Assembly: GCF_964355755.1 (NCBI RefSeq)
Contig: NC_092677.1
Span: forward strand, 1,882,101 to 1,946,100
Source of the DNA: Antedon mediterranea
Lineage: Eukaryota > Animalia > Echinodermata
DNA length: 64,000 bases
Direction: 5' to 3'
Part shown: in pieces, positions 1 to 12,350 of the stretch
How the letters are laid out: each line of letters begins with the position of its first letter
Numbering within the stretch: the first letter of the stretch is position 1
The notes under the pieces: generated by a model
Told to the model about the DNA's origin: nothing
The model's input: only the letters and a program-made list of their open reading frames with translations
Databases searched by the model: none
Made by a program: the position numbers and the translations under genes

Positions 1-1281
1 TTGTTTGTTTGTCGAATAATTATTTGTACTACCGTACGTATATAGAAATGATTTGTTTATCAAATCAAATCATTGTTTGTTCCATTTATAAAATTGTGTA
101 CATTGAAAAATAGTTTTCCTCGACAGAAAATATGGTAAAACAAACAAAACAATCACAATTATATCATACATTTTTTTTTCGTCTTTTGTGCAATTACATT
201 ATACATTAACATTGTAAGTTGTTAATAACAATTATTAAATATAATCTTATAGCAATAGTTTTCACTTCTTCAACAATATATTCAATTATATATTTAATTA
301 AGTTCTAATAATGTCCAACGGGAATTGTTGGTGTGACATTTAGACCTGTGTGAAACAGGTTTTATTTCAAATTCAACCTCAAAAACCGAAATCTCTTGTA
401 ACTCTATCCTTTGATTCTCTTTGTGTTGCCGTGGTGATTAAAACACTGAGGGGTATGTAATTATCAACATGTGGCTTAAGTTGTTAAGTTTCAATTTAGT
501 TTATTTCTGAAATTTGAACTTTGACATTGAAGAAATCGTCGAAATTACTAATTTTTGTTTGGCTGCTTCAGTTAAAAATTAATAACTTAATTTTTGATAT
601 TGTAAAAACACAAGACTAACTGTCCCAATGATATTAATTAAATTAAATCATAATGTATTTCTTATTTCCATGCTATTTAAATTTTTTCTTTTTGTAAAAA
701 AATAGAAATCTAAATTGTTTTATCCCAAGTATATTTTGTTGCTTTGAATTATTACAAAATTAGAACATAGCTTTAAGCAGTACAGCTGACATTAGTCGAC
801 TTTTTGCATTTTTAAGTCCCTCTAGGCCACAATTCGCTAATACCCTAAGCCATGCGACAAATACTTCATTTGACATTGGCCATGTTAAAATTATGTCCAC
901 TGAATTAACGAGAACAGGTTACGTGTCTTACTAACTTTTTTCCAAATGTTCCGCTCCATTGCCTCAGGCTTCAATCTTTCTCTGTCCAGTAAACCAGTCA
1001 ATGATACTTTGTATCATATAATTCTTCCAGAGGGCTGAAATTCCTGAGGTCAGAGTTTAAAGTTTAAATGTTGTTTGTTGTTTTTTTTTTGTTTTTTTTT
1101 TATTATTATTATTATTATAACTTAGTTTTATGTGAATTTGTTTTTATTTTCTTGAATTTTTTCGATATTGTACTAATTCAAAATAAATCTTATGTAATGT
1201 AAACTCAAACTAGTATTTTCATTTATTTCAGGCCAATTATAAGAACATGATGATAAATGGGTTATAGATCTATTAGCAAAT

Positions 1282-4200
1282 ATGATTACAAGAAGAATTG
1301 TGTTGTCGTGTTTGACGTTGGCAACGTTTTTAGCCAATGTTCATCGATGCAGGGCGCAAGGTAAGGATAAAAATGTCAAAACAATACATTATCACTTTTA
1401 TTCTTTTACTATTAAAATAAAAAACAAAACAATTGAAAAATTGAAATGAAATTTCATCTGTGTTTGGTAATATAATAATTCAAATATTAAAATGTTGAAT
1501 CATACCATTTTCGTCTGGACTATATTATCATTCTTCAAGCAATTCGAGTAATGCACTGCAATGCCAACAAAGTATGTTAGAATCTTTAAGAATTCTGAAA
1601 TTCGCAATATAAAGTCTAGTGTTTTAAAAATTGGAACGATATCAGTTAAATTATTCTACTATTGTGTATGGAGAAGTGACAACCTTTACTGTGACCTTGG
1701 CTGATTGGAAAAACTCTGCCTCTGCCAAACACAATCAGAAGTTACTAGGTGACATCATTACCATTAACCAATCAAAATGCTTGATTTCTTTCCTTAGCTA
1801 ATACCACTGTTGCATTTTGCTACTCCCCTGTTGATACACAGTTTTATTTTCTCTTCTGCCTCCTAAAGAGACTATTTGAATTCACAGCAGGCGGGCTGGT
1901 TAATCGACGTGAGGTGGAGTAGATAGCGTGCCGATGCAACTCATATCATTTTAAACCTGACCCATCCAATATGTATTTAGGAATTGATGCGTAATGTCGT
2001 AAATAGTTACTGTAGCAAATGGACTTGATTTATTTAAACTGACTTGTTATTGCTTAATATTTTTAATCAATTTAATACCATGCTTAAGTCACCAAAAGTA
2101 TTGAAACATTTCTTCTTAATAGGTTACCAATATTGGTAAGAAATCTGTGATTTTAAACAAATATATAAAAATTACTTACTGTAGAATATTATAATATGCT
2201 CTTTTAAAATCATATGACATGTATATCCAAAGTATAACTTTAAGTACTCAAATTATTTTTATAAATATATAGGGGGGGGGGGGGCAGGAATTTGTTTATA
2301 TATAATAAAAAAATATATATGCAATTAATTGCAACTTTTTGAGGGGTTGGGTTAGGCCACACATGTATGCACTGTTTTAATTTTCAGTGACTGTCTCACA
2401 AACTTCTACATTGAAACAAAATAACATTTAAAAATAATTGCACTAAAAAAAAGTGAATACTGCAATTACTGCAGATGAAGCACCCTCATTTTTTACACTG
2501 CAGTAGAATAGTTTTTTCCACATTTATAGTTTTTGTAGACAGTAGTCTTGACTTACATAAATTTATCATGTTCTGTTTTTTTTATAGACGAAGCACCCTC
2601 ATTTTTGAAAGAACCAAGTTCTCAAGTAGTAAAGCCTCATAGTCGTGTGAGATTAAAGTGCGAATTTTCGCCAAAAGACGCTACTGTTCTTTGGACATTT
2701 AATGGACAGTCCTTGCAAAATACCTCAAATGATATAGAATTTCGTCATAATCAAATAATTATTAACTCTTTTCGGAGTAATGGACTTAACTCTCATGTTG
2801 GAGAGTATCGCTGTTTTGTAAACACAAGTATAGGATTAATAGTAAGCAGAACTGCCAAGTTACAAAAAGCATGTAAGTATTTCAAAATAATTGATTGTCA
2901 ATAATATTCTATAGTATCAAGTTGATAAAATATTGGTGTTGAGTTAAGTTACCAAGCGGTTAAATATGGATGTACAGTAGTACAGGCAGCTCTCCCAATA
3001 CCAGACTCTCTGAAACCCAGAAACTCTCCCAATACCAGACATTTCTTTCATTTTTACCTTTAAACACCATTTTGAATACCAGACTTTCTGGAAAACCAGA
3101 CATATTTGGCCAGATCAAATGTGTCCGGTATTGGGAGATTTGACCAGTGTACCCATCTGGCTTGAGTGAACTTTAAAGAACCCACTGCATCTTTCAGAAG
3201 AGTAAAGATTTTCTTTTTATTTTAGATATTAAAAGGTTCAAGTTAAAGCCTCAACCACAGACCTCAACGTATCTAGGGGGAACGGCTGTGATCCATTGTA
3301 ACCCACCAAAAAGTGAACCAGAAGCGATTATACAGTTTGAATATAATGGACAATTAATAGAAAACACATCAGGTAAGCCAAAATGGTACTTTATTTGGTA
3401 TCTACTAAGGTAAGATAGGAATCCCTCAAACAATTATATAACAATATACATAAGCAATTACTAAACTACGAGTCTGTTTAAATGGCCTCATGGTTGTCTT
3501 TGTCCAGAGTTACTATACTATATATTTCTAGGCCATGTGTTTAAGTTTGAAATATAGATTCGTGAGAGAAAAAGAAAAACAAATTGAAGGAATCAATTTT
3601 TTTAAAGGAATAACTAAAACAATATCTGTTTTAGAAACCTATTCTTTGAATTGAAATAATTCATAAAATAGTACAGTTTGTCAACACATTGTTGTACATC
3701 ACTTTATATCTGCTATTGTTTGTATACAATTTATACAATACTCAACCTTTATGTTCTAAATACATTTAATGATGGAAAACATATTTAAAACAATTTTAAA
3801 ATATACTGTATGATGTTTTTGCTTTCAATTATGATGAATGTAGTTGAACGACCTAAAATGAAAATGTTATCCAAAACAGGTGCGTTACTTTTGACCCTAA
3901 GGAGTCAAAATTATAAAACCGATTCATCATATTTGTTGCTGTGTAGATTTTGAGTGGATAAGTCTGTGTATGAATAGTTATTTAATGAGTTATGCCAAAG
4001 GCTTGTCCATACTCTAATCCCGCACCTTTCCTTATCTTATCTTTTTGATAGATCGCTGTTATTGATGAAAGTTTTTTTAAATATGCCCCTCTCAAAACTC
4101 CGGAGGTTACGCATAATGGGCGTCTACACCAGAATTTAGTATGGTGTGCGCCCTGTAAACTAACAGAGTTTTGGTAGGCGATGTAGTAAAAAGAAGGGAC

Positions 4201-7200
4201 AGGGGGAGAGAAATATAAATTGTTGAATTCTGACTGTAGATAATTATTTCAATGAATGTTAATTCATTCAGAGAAACTCAACAGTTCTTTTCAGAACTAA
4301 TATATGTGGTGTACCGCTAACATTTGATTTCGCCATCCAAACCTTCAAACAATGAATGTTAATTTGTCGTTATTTTTTTATATATTAGAACGTCATGTAA
4401 TATTAAAATCAAGCAGTCTTCAAATTCATAATGTAACTGAGAATGATGTTGGTACCTACACATGTACCGGATACAACACAATATTAGATGAACGAAAAAG
4501 AGCAGAGTCAAGTACTGAACTCATTATAAAACAAGGTAAGATCCCAGTCAAAAGTGATTCCAAGTAAGGATTCTAAGCCTAAACTCTTGGTATCGGGCAT
4601 GGAAAAAGAGAAGGGAAAGAAACATGAAAATATTTAGTTCTTTGTTTTTTAAATCCTGTATTACTTTTGTTCATGTAATTTTTTATATTTTGTACATAAT
4701 TTAGTTTTTTTTCTAAATGGGCCTATTGTAAAAAAAAATGTTTTTCTTTAACTTTTATTTTACGCACCTTCATTCAAGAACTATGCCACTGTTTCAAAAG
4801 TGTAGCTTCCAAATAAATTATTTAATATTATTACATGTTATGTTTGTACCGTAATATACAAGCGGGGACATGACCTCTTATAAAATTAAGTACCTTTGGC
4901 ATGTAATGTCTGTTCCTGACGTGTATGTCTAATTAGTAGCAATTACAATTGTTCTATTTTGTTGGCAGATTCTGGTGACTCACTTAACATTGTAGATGTC
5001 TCAGGAGCATCTGTGTTTATTGGTGAAAATGCCGTTTTAGGATGCGTATCGGAGGATTATTACGTACGGTGGTATCGCAAGGAGGACCAAATGCCAGATA
5101 AGGTGGAACAAAAGTGGGGCAATCTTTATATTGAGAACGTTAGAAAAAATGATATGGGAGAATATACTTGTGTGTCATATTCAAAGAATGGAACTGTTAC
5201 TATGGAGAAGAATGTTCATTTACAAGTTAAAAGTAAGTTTAGAAATCATATATGTTACCACATGTTAGGTATGGTGTATAAAGCTCTGTCTACAATATCA
5301 AACTAGTTTGACAAAAAAAAGTGTGATGTGCCCAAATATGGTAGTGATTTGACATCATCATGTCCATATATGAGCACATCAAATTGTTGACACATAAAGT
5401 GTGATAGTGTAGACAGAGCTTAACACATCAAGTTGTCATAATCACAGTAGCTTGGTTGACATGCTTGATTACCAATCTAGGCAAAAATACTAGAGTTTCA
5501 AAAGCAATGTCTGTGACAAAATGTTGGTATTCATTGATGGTTCAGCTTTCTGCATGCTAGAGTAATCAAAATACTTAACTTAAATGTTGTTAATTTTCAT
5601 GTGAACAGAGACTTAAATGTTGTTAATTAAATAAAAAAAAATCTTTTCAGTCCGTCCTGCCATCAGAAGTCCACCAAAGGATACGTCTGTAGATCCCACA
5701 ATGACGCTTTCGTTAAAATGCAGTGTTGTTGGCGATGAAGATGACATCCGGTGGTTGTTCAATACCGTTCCTATTGACCCTCTAGACACAGACTACATTG
5801 CAGATGGTAAGATTCCATTAATGCCATTATATTTATTTATTTTATTTATGTTTAATTAGTGTGGTTTTTCCAAGCAAAACTTAAAATCTTAACAAAAACT
5901 GACATATCATCTATGCTTGGCAATCTGTAGCAAATGTGGGCGCATTTTTTACTTGGCGACTTCATTTCATTTTGACCAAAACACAGATACAGAACAGAAA
6001 CAAAGCACAATGGTCAGGGGCAACTAAAGTAAAACAATAACTACTCAAAGAGTCAGTTGCCACTTGAAGAGTCTTTTTGTACTCTCTACACTTTTCCTCA
6101 CAATTGAATCATTCCGTTCATTGTGCTATCTAACAAAAATATATTATATTTTTGTACTCTTCCTCACAATTGCATCATTCCATTCATTGTACTATCTAAC
6201 AAGAATTATATATTTTATTTTTGTACTCTCTACACTTTTCCTCACAATTGCATCATTGCGTTCATTTTACTAACAAGAATATATTTTATTTTTGTTTAGG
6301 TCGACAGTTAAAAATAAAACAACTTCGAGTGAAACATCTTGGAATGTACCAGTGCTATGTTGAAAATGAACTAGGCTCTGCACAGGCTTCTGCTCAGGTC
6401 AAATTTACACGTAAGTGCAAAAGAATACTTGATATAAATTAATTAACAATTAATATTTTGTTTTGTTTTATGTCTGAAAAAATAATTGTTAAAAAATAGT
6501 TTGTTGAATATGCCATTTTAATGTTGAATGACATTCATTCACCTTGACTAAAATTGGATCAAAAACAAAATGATTGACGTTATAAAACTGTAATTTAAAG
6601 AAGGAAAGCACAGTTAACCAGAAACCCATTGTCTTTAAGTCAATGTGTTTCTTGTTAATGAAACTGTTTATGTCTGTCTTTTATAGATGGGATCATTATT
6701 TGTGTATTTTTATCAAATTTTGATTGAATATTGTTTAAAAGCCAAATTTTAAGGAAAAAAGACTTAAGATGAAAGTTAATTTATTTTAGGTGGATATGCG
6801 TTGCCGATGTTCATTGAGAAACCTACCAACATGACTGCCATTGAGCATGAGCAAGTGTTTTTCGTGTGCAGATGGCATGGCCAACCATTCCCATTCATGC
6901 AGTGGTGGAACCCTAATAATGAACTAGTCAGAAATGGCCGCCGTTTCTTTATTGATGGAGACCCACAATCAGGTAAATTAAAGAGATACAAATAAAAAAC
7001 TAGAAAGGCACTCAGAGAGCGTAAACCTCCCCTAGACATATGAACATTGAATCGTGTGTTCTCATACAGCTATGATACCGTCCTTTAAAATCTTGTGAAA
7101 ATTGGGCAATAACTTTTTGAGTAATCCTGCTAAAAAAAAATAGAAAGAAACTTAAATACACATGTGTAACCTCTCTCACCATTCTGGCAAAAAGCTAAAT

Positions 7201-8432
7201 CAAAAGGGTAAAGTAAAGCAGCCAGAAAACACTATTCCTTCATCAGAAAATTAAATTTGTTATGTTATTTAATTTGTTCAGCTGGACTTGAAATATCTAA
7301 TGTACAACCCCAAGACGCGGGCTGGTATACCTGCTCAGTAAAGAACTTAGTTGGTGAGATCAGAGCAAGAGCCTATTTAAGTGTCATAGGTAAGAGCAAG
7401 TAGCACAATGCATTATCATTGGCACTTATGTCTATATATGATATGTTTGAGAGAAGCAACTGGCCAAGTTGTTTAAAAGACAGACCATAATATATACATA
7501 TCAGCAAGCGTTCAAGGCACACACCAAGACAGACCATAATATATACATAATAGCAAGCGTTCAAGGCACACACCAAGACGGACCATAATATATACATAAT
7601 AGCAAGCGTTCAAGGAACACGCCAAGACAGACCATAAGATATACACATCAGCAAGCGTTCAAGGCACACACCAAGACAGACCATAATATATACATATCAG
7701 CAAGCGTTCAAGGCACACACCAAGACAGACCATAAGATATACACATCAGCAAGCGTTCAAGGCACACACCAAGACAGACCATAATATATACACATCAGCA
7801 AGCGTTCAAGGCACACACCAAGACAGACCATAATATATACACATCAGCAAGCGTTCAAGGCACACACCAAGACAGACCATAATATATACACATCAGCAAG
7901 CGTTCAAGGCACACACCAAGATAGACCATAATATATACACATCAGCAAGCGTTCAAGGCACACACCAAGACGGACCATAATATATACACATCAGCAAGCG
8001 TTCAAGGCACACACCAAGACAGACCATAAGATATACACATCAGCAAGCGTTCAAGGCACACACCAAGACAGACCATAATATATACACATCAGCAAGCGTT
8101 CAAGGCACACACCAAGACAGACCATAATATATACACATCAGCAAGCGTTCAAGGCACACACCAAGACAGACCATAATATATACATAACAGCAAGCGTTCA
8201 AGGAACACGCCATTATTTATTATGATTGTTTTTCAGGAATGAATGTTAAAATACCTACTACCCAGCATACACCTTTATTACCAACCAGGCAGCCTATAGA
8301 GGGCGCTTTTAGCGATGAAGCACTGACGGTGACAACCAATAACGTGCAACAACCAATCAAAAAGGGAGCAGGTAAAAGATTTTTTAATTTTCACTTTCAC
8401 TATGTTTTATTTTACTGTTTGTTTACGGTAGT

Positions 8433-8473
<41 letters not shown>

Positions 8474-11400
8474 TTTTCCTAATGTTACCTTATTTGTAAA
8501 TAGTATTTTAACTTTGCCTTTTGCAATTTGATGTATTTTTCTTTGTTGTTTTATTGTCTTAATTATACCAAGCAAAGCGAATTTCCATTTTCTTGAATCT
8601 TGAGTTTACCTGATATAAGTCGTAAATCATTGCCAAATACTAATTTAATTTCAGTGCCTAACTCACCTAGTAAAGCGGTCGTATCCCAGGTGACCGACTC
8701 ATCAGTGGATATCACCTGGACCTTTGAGGATGACCCAAATGCTCCGGCCAGTGAGTTCTACATCCAGAGGTTAATGGTGCGATCTGTTGGAGAGTGGATG
8801 AATACATCAGAAACAATTCCATTGAGTGCCCGTGAATACAGAATTATTAATCTCACTCCAGGTTAGTATATTTTTTAATTTTTTTCATTTCATGTATTCG
8901 TCTCAAAACAATAAACAAAACAATAAAATACACAAACATAATACATAACAGCCAGAACATGAGACAGGGCACCCAAAAAATGAACTGAATCACTGTCAGA
9001 TGGGGACCCTTAGACATAAGAACAGTACAACAAATACATTTTAAGATATATAAACTGTCTAAAATATGTAAATACTGTATATTCATATTAAAATTGATTA
9101 TAAAACAAATAAACCGATTAAAATTCAATACTATTAGTAGTCAGTGTTATTTTTCATTCTTAATTGGCTGTAATGTACTTACAAATAATCATTATCATTA
9201 TTTTTGGCAAAAAAATATTACGATTGATTGAATAAAGTTCAAAGAAACTCAATTCAAAAAGTTTACCTTTGACATGCAATTAATTGTTTGAACTCAAAAT
9301 AGTTATTTTTAGTAGAACAAATAAATGTGTTTGTGTTTTCAAAATAAATATAAATACATTTTTCATTCACAGGAACAATTTACCGATTCCGCGTACTTGC
9401 GGGGAATCAATTTGGTTCTAGTGAACCAGGCAAGACATCGAATCGGTTCCTTGTTGGTAACGAGACACCCGGTCCTCTTCCACCCGCCCCACCAACTATC
9501 ACGAAATGTGAGGCAGAAAGTGGAAACTCTATCATTGTTGAATGGAAGGTAATAACATAGTTACATTCTACATTCATCACAATCGACATCTAATCGTGAT
9601 TGGTCAAATTACTTGCGTTAAGCTATGTCCTTGTATTGCCTCCAAGTGGGAACTACAGCCCTTTGAGGTTCTTTAAACTTTGATTTTACACTACATGTAA
9701 TTCATATTACGTTATATTTGCACTGGTAAAGTCATCTATTTTGTCATCAAATGTTGAAATTATATTTTTTTTACAAAGTACAAAAGTGATTTGGAAAATC
9801 AACCAGTTGATGGGTTTTTTATTTATCACCGAGCCGATAGAGATGATGACGACGAATATGAGGCAAATATGATTTATGACACTGAAATAAATCGACACAT
9901 TATCAAGCACTTGGAGAATGACATGTTGTATGACATCAAAATGGAAACGTACAATGCGGCTGGCAAAAGTGGATTTAGTAACATTATGTCGGTTTCCACC
10001 GATTGTAAGTAGCTTCTTTCTTATGTGGGTTCATCCTACTTTTATTTCTTGATTGTAAGTAGTTGATAATGGCGAGCTTTCACCTGAACGTAAAGTGGAG
10101 TTGTTGATTGAGTGGAGTTGTGGCTTGGTGGTTATGATGCTTGGCTACCAATCCTAGGGTTCAAGTCATGACAGGATTTTTTCTAATGACATTTACAACT
10201 CCACTCCCAAAGACTTTTATTTTAGAGCATCTTGTGTATATTTTTCCCTTGTGAACGGAATTGCCACCTTTAAGAATAATAGTGAATGAATTCACTTATG
10301 GTTATCTTTGGCAATTTGCCTAGATATATAAACAAAGCAAAAATCTATTTCCAAAATGTAACGCGCCAGCGTAAGCTCCGACCGCGTAAGCCAATCGATC
10401 TGCGTATGTGTAATTACAAAAACCGTACATGTGTCGAGAACCTTATTATTTTAAAAACACAGTAAAAGCTATACATTAACCGAAGGGTATCAAACATGAA
10501 ATTATTCATTACATTTTGACGGTAATTTAACATACTGTGACTGTGGAACAAAAGAATGGTGAGATACGTAGATTATTTATAATAAAAAATTCTATTCTAA
10601 TTTTATGTTATTTTATTGTTATTTCAGCTGTGAATATTGGATCATCTTCAACTTTTATGAAGCCAGAGTACAAGCCACCTGTTACACCTAAGTCACCAGT
10701 AGACATAGCACCAGAAGTACCGTACAATAACGGTAGTGGTACCACTGGAGCTGGTAAGATGTTATTTGGTGTATTACTTTTAAAAGTACTCATGTTGTTT
10801 TTAAGTAGATTGTTGTATCTGTATTCGTAACGTACAAACACCATCTCTGCTTATCGCATACGTTGGTTAGGGTCATGTGCAAAAATATTAATTTAAGTGG
10901 GCTTTTGAAAAAATTACTTTCGATGTCAATAGTGTTCAGTTGGTCTTTAAAAGTGGCAATAGTTGTATTCAGATTGTAGTGCCATTTTGTGTTATAAAAA
11001 CTACAAACCTATGTTAAACACCATTCTTTTGCAATTCCTCTGTGCATCCTGCTACATTGATGTATTTATCAGCCTGCTGCCTCGTTTAACTTGTTGATGC
11101 AGAAATAAAAACAAAAAAAGCCTACGTTTTATTGAGCATTTATGTTTTTCTTTTTCTAGATAAAGAGGAGATCTTGTACATTTGTATTGGTGTGATTCTA
11201 GGTGCCTTTGTCATAATCTTTATCATGTTTGCTGGAATGTGTATCTGGAGATCCAGGCAGCCTAATGGAATGTTTGCAGGTAACATTCTACTGCAGTTAC
11301 TGCAGTAACATTTTTTTTTACTCTTTAAACTGTTTATGGATATATTATTTAGCAAATTGTTTTGAATAATTGTTCGCAATGTTTATTACAGTGACTACCT

Positions 11401-12350
11401 TATATTTCATATGTTATATCAATAAAAGTATTTACTGCAGTAACTGCAGAAGAATTATTTTGACATTATCACTTCATAGTTCCACATTGGTATTTTTTAG
11501 TATTGTATAATATAATGACCTGTAAACATTTGTTCTTGTTCTGTAGCTATTAACTGGTCCCAGGGATACTATGGAAGGTCACCACCATATTCAAAAGGAT
11601 CACAAGATATTAATAACCGTTACATGAATGGTTGTCCTGGTTACGATCAGCAATATAAAGGTGGTCCTTACAGTATGAAAAATGGTCATCTGGAACCAAG
11701 ACCTCTCTATCTGATGCCTCAGGACACAGATCTTCCAATCGACGTTTCTCAATATCTATCCGCCGAAGAAAATGAAATAAATCAAACTGGATTAACTTTA
11801 GGCAGTCAACACGGGACATTAGAACGACGACATCCAACGTATGTGCGTCCAGTGAAGCGTGAAGACTTGAGAGTGACCCCTAATGGTGTTGTTTGTCGAC
11901 CTACTTACAGTTGTAATGGAAATATTTATCATGATAGTTATAGTGATATTTCTACTATCAGAGATAATAGATATAACAGTAACTGTAATTTCTGTTGCCA
12001 AGCAACCAATGAAGAGGTCAATAAATACATGACCCCTAAAGATTCCCATGATTCCTTAGCTCATGAAAATAAAATAAAAGGTAGGTTATTTTTATTTTTT
12101 AGTAAAGATAGTTTTGTATGTTTTATTTTTGTATGCAACATTGTTTAATTTTCATAAATGTACAATTTTTCTTTTTTTTTTTCTTCCAGAACTAGATGAT
12201 CATACAACAGTTCCGACTTCAAATAATAGCCGACAAAGACGAAACAGCGACGACAACACTTCAAACGAAGACACTGCCATGTCACGCTCCCGTTCATCGT
12301 CTGCCAATTCTAGCCAATCTACTCGCAGCATTGTTGAGTCGGATGTATAG
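1282..12350 (+). CDS. CDON: Cdon/Boc/Ihog-family Hedgehog co-receptor (signal peptide, 5 Ig, 2 FN3, TM, cytoplasmic tail), 17 coding exons, about 1054 aa
   Basis: Phase-consistent GT-AG exons: 1282-1360 (MITRRIVLSCLTLATFLANVHRCRAQ), 2588-2872, 3226-3372, 4389-4535, 4969-5232, 5651-5806, 6300-6410, 6790-6972, 7282-7389, 8237-8371, 8655-8861, 9373-9548, 9779-10004, 10628-10753, 11160-11279, 11547-12080, 12190-12350 (total 3165 nt). Family-like segments: Ig2 GGTAVIHCNPPKSEPEAIIQF; last FN3 PVDGFFIYHRADRDDDDEY...YDIKMETYNAAGKSGFSN; TM ILYICIGVILGAFVIIFIMFAGMCIWRSRQ. Probably co-orthologous to CDON and BOC. Confidence 0.88.
2972..3150. mobile_element. Tc1/mariner-like MITE remnant
   Basis: Imperfect inverted ends (tctcccaataccagac ... 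gtccggtattgggaga) with internal repeats of ataccagac, and TA-CAG-type termini. Confidence 0.45.
5281..5421. mobile_element. About 140-bp palindromic MITE (family A, PIF/Harbinger-like)
   Basis: TIRs aagctctgtctaca..tatcaaact / agtgtgatagtgtagacagagctt. Other copies at about 24759-24889, 34805-34963, 53381-53532 and 56256-56372. Confidence 0.75.
6072..6290. repeat. Tandem repeat, about 70-bp unit x3, immediately upstream of the CDON exon 7 acceptor
   Basis: Repeated tttgtactct...cctcacaattgcatcatt...taacaa units. Confidence 0.8.
6996..7135. mobile_element. Fragment of a Helentron-type non-autonomous repeat end
   Basis: aactagaaaggcactcagagagcgtaaacctcc followed by ...ataactttttgagtaatcctgcta, a terminus pattern recalled from aquatic-animal repeats. 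Truncated. Confidence 0.4.
7478..8211. repeat. Minisatellite, 49-bp unit, about 15 copies (CDON intron 9)
   Basis: Unit agacagaccataatatatacacatcagcaagcgttcaaggcacacacca, nearly homogeneous. Confidence 0.95.
8436..8471. repeat. (TA)n microsatellite
   Basis: Pure AT dinucleotide run; another at about 15682-15719. Confidence 0.9.
10110..10220 (+). mobile_element. tRNA-derived SINE fragment
   Basis: A-box-like gtggcttggtgg and B-box-like ggttcaagtc, then ctccactcccaaagactt. An opposite-strand copy lies at about 36884-37007. Confidence 0.6.

Noticed and set aside
7373-7597. Minus-strand 74-aa ORF
   Set aside because: A translation of the 49-bp minisatellite; no domain or splice support.
1282-12350. 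Robo, DCC or Dscam identity for the Ig-FN3 gene
   Set aside because: It has only two FN3 domains and no Robo CC motifs were seen; the Ig2, last FN3 and TM sequences fit Cdon/Boc/Ihog.
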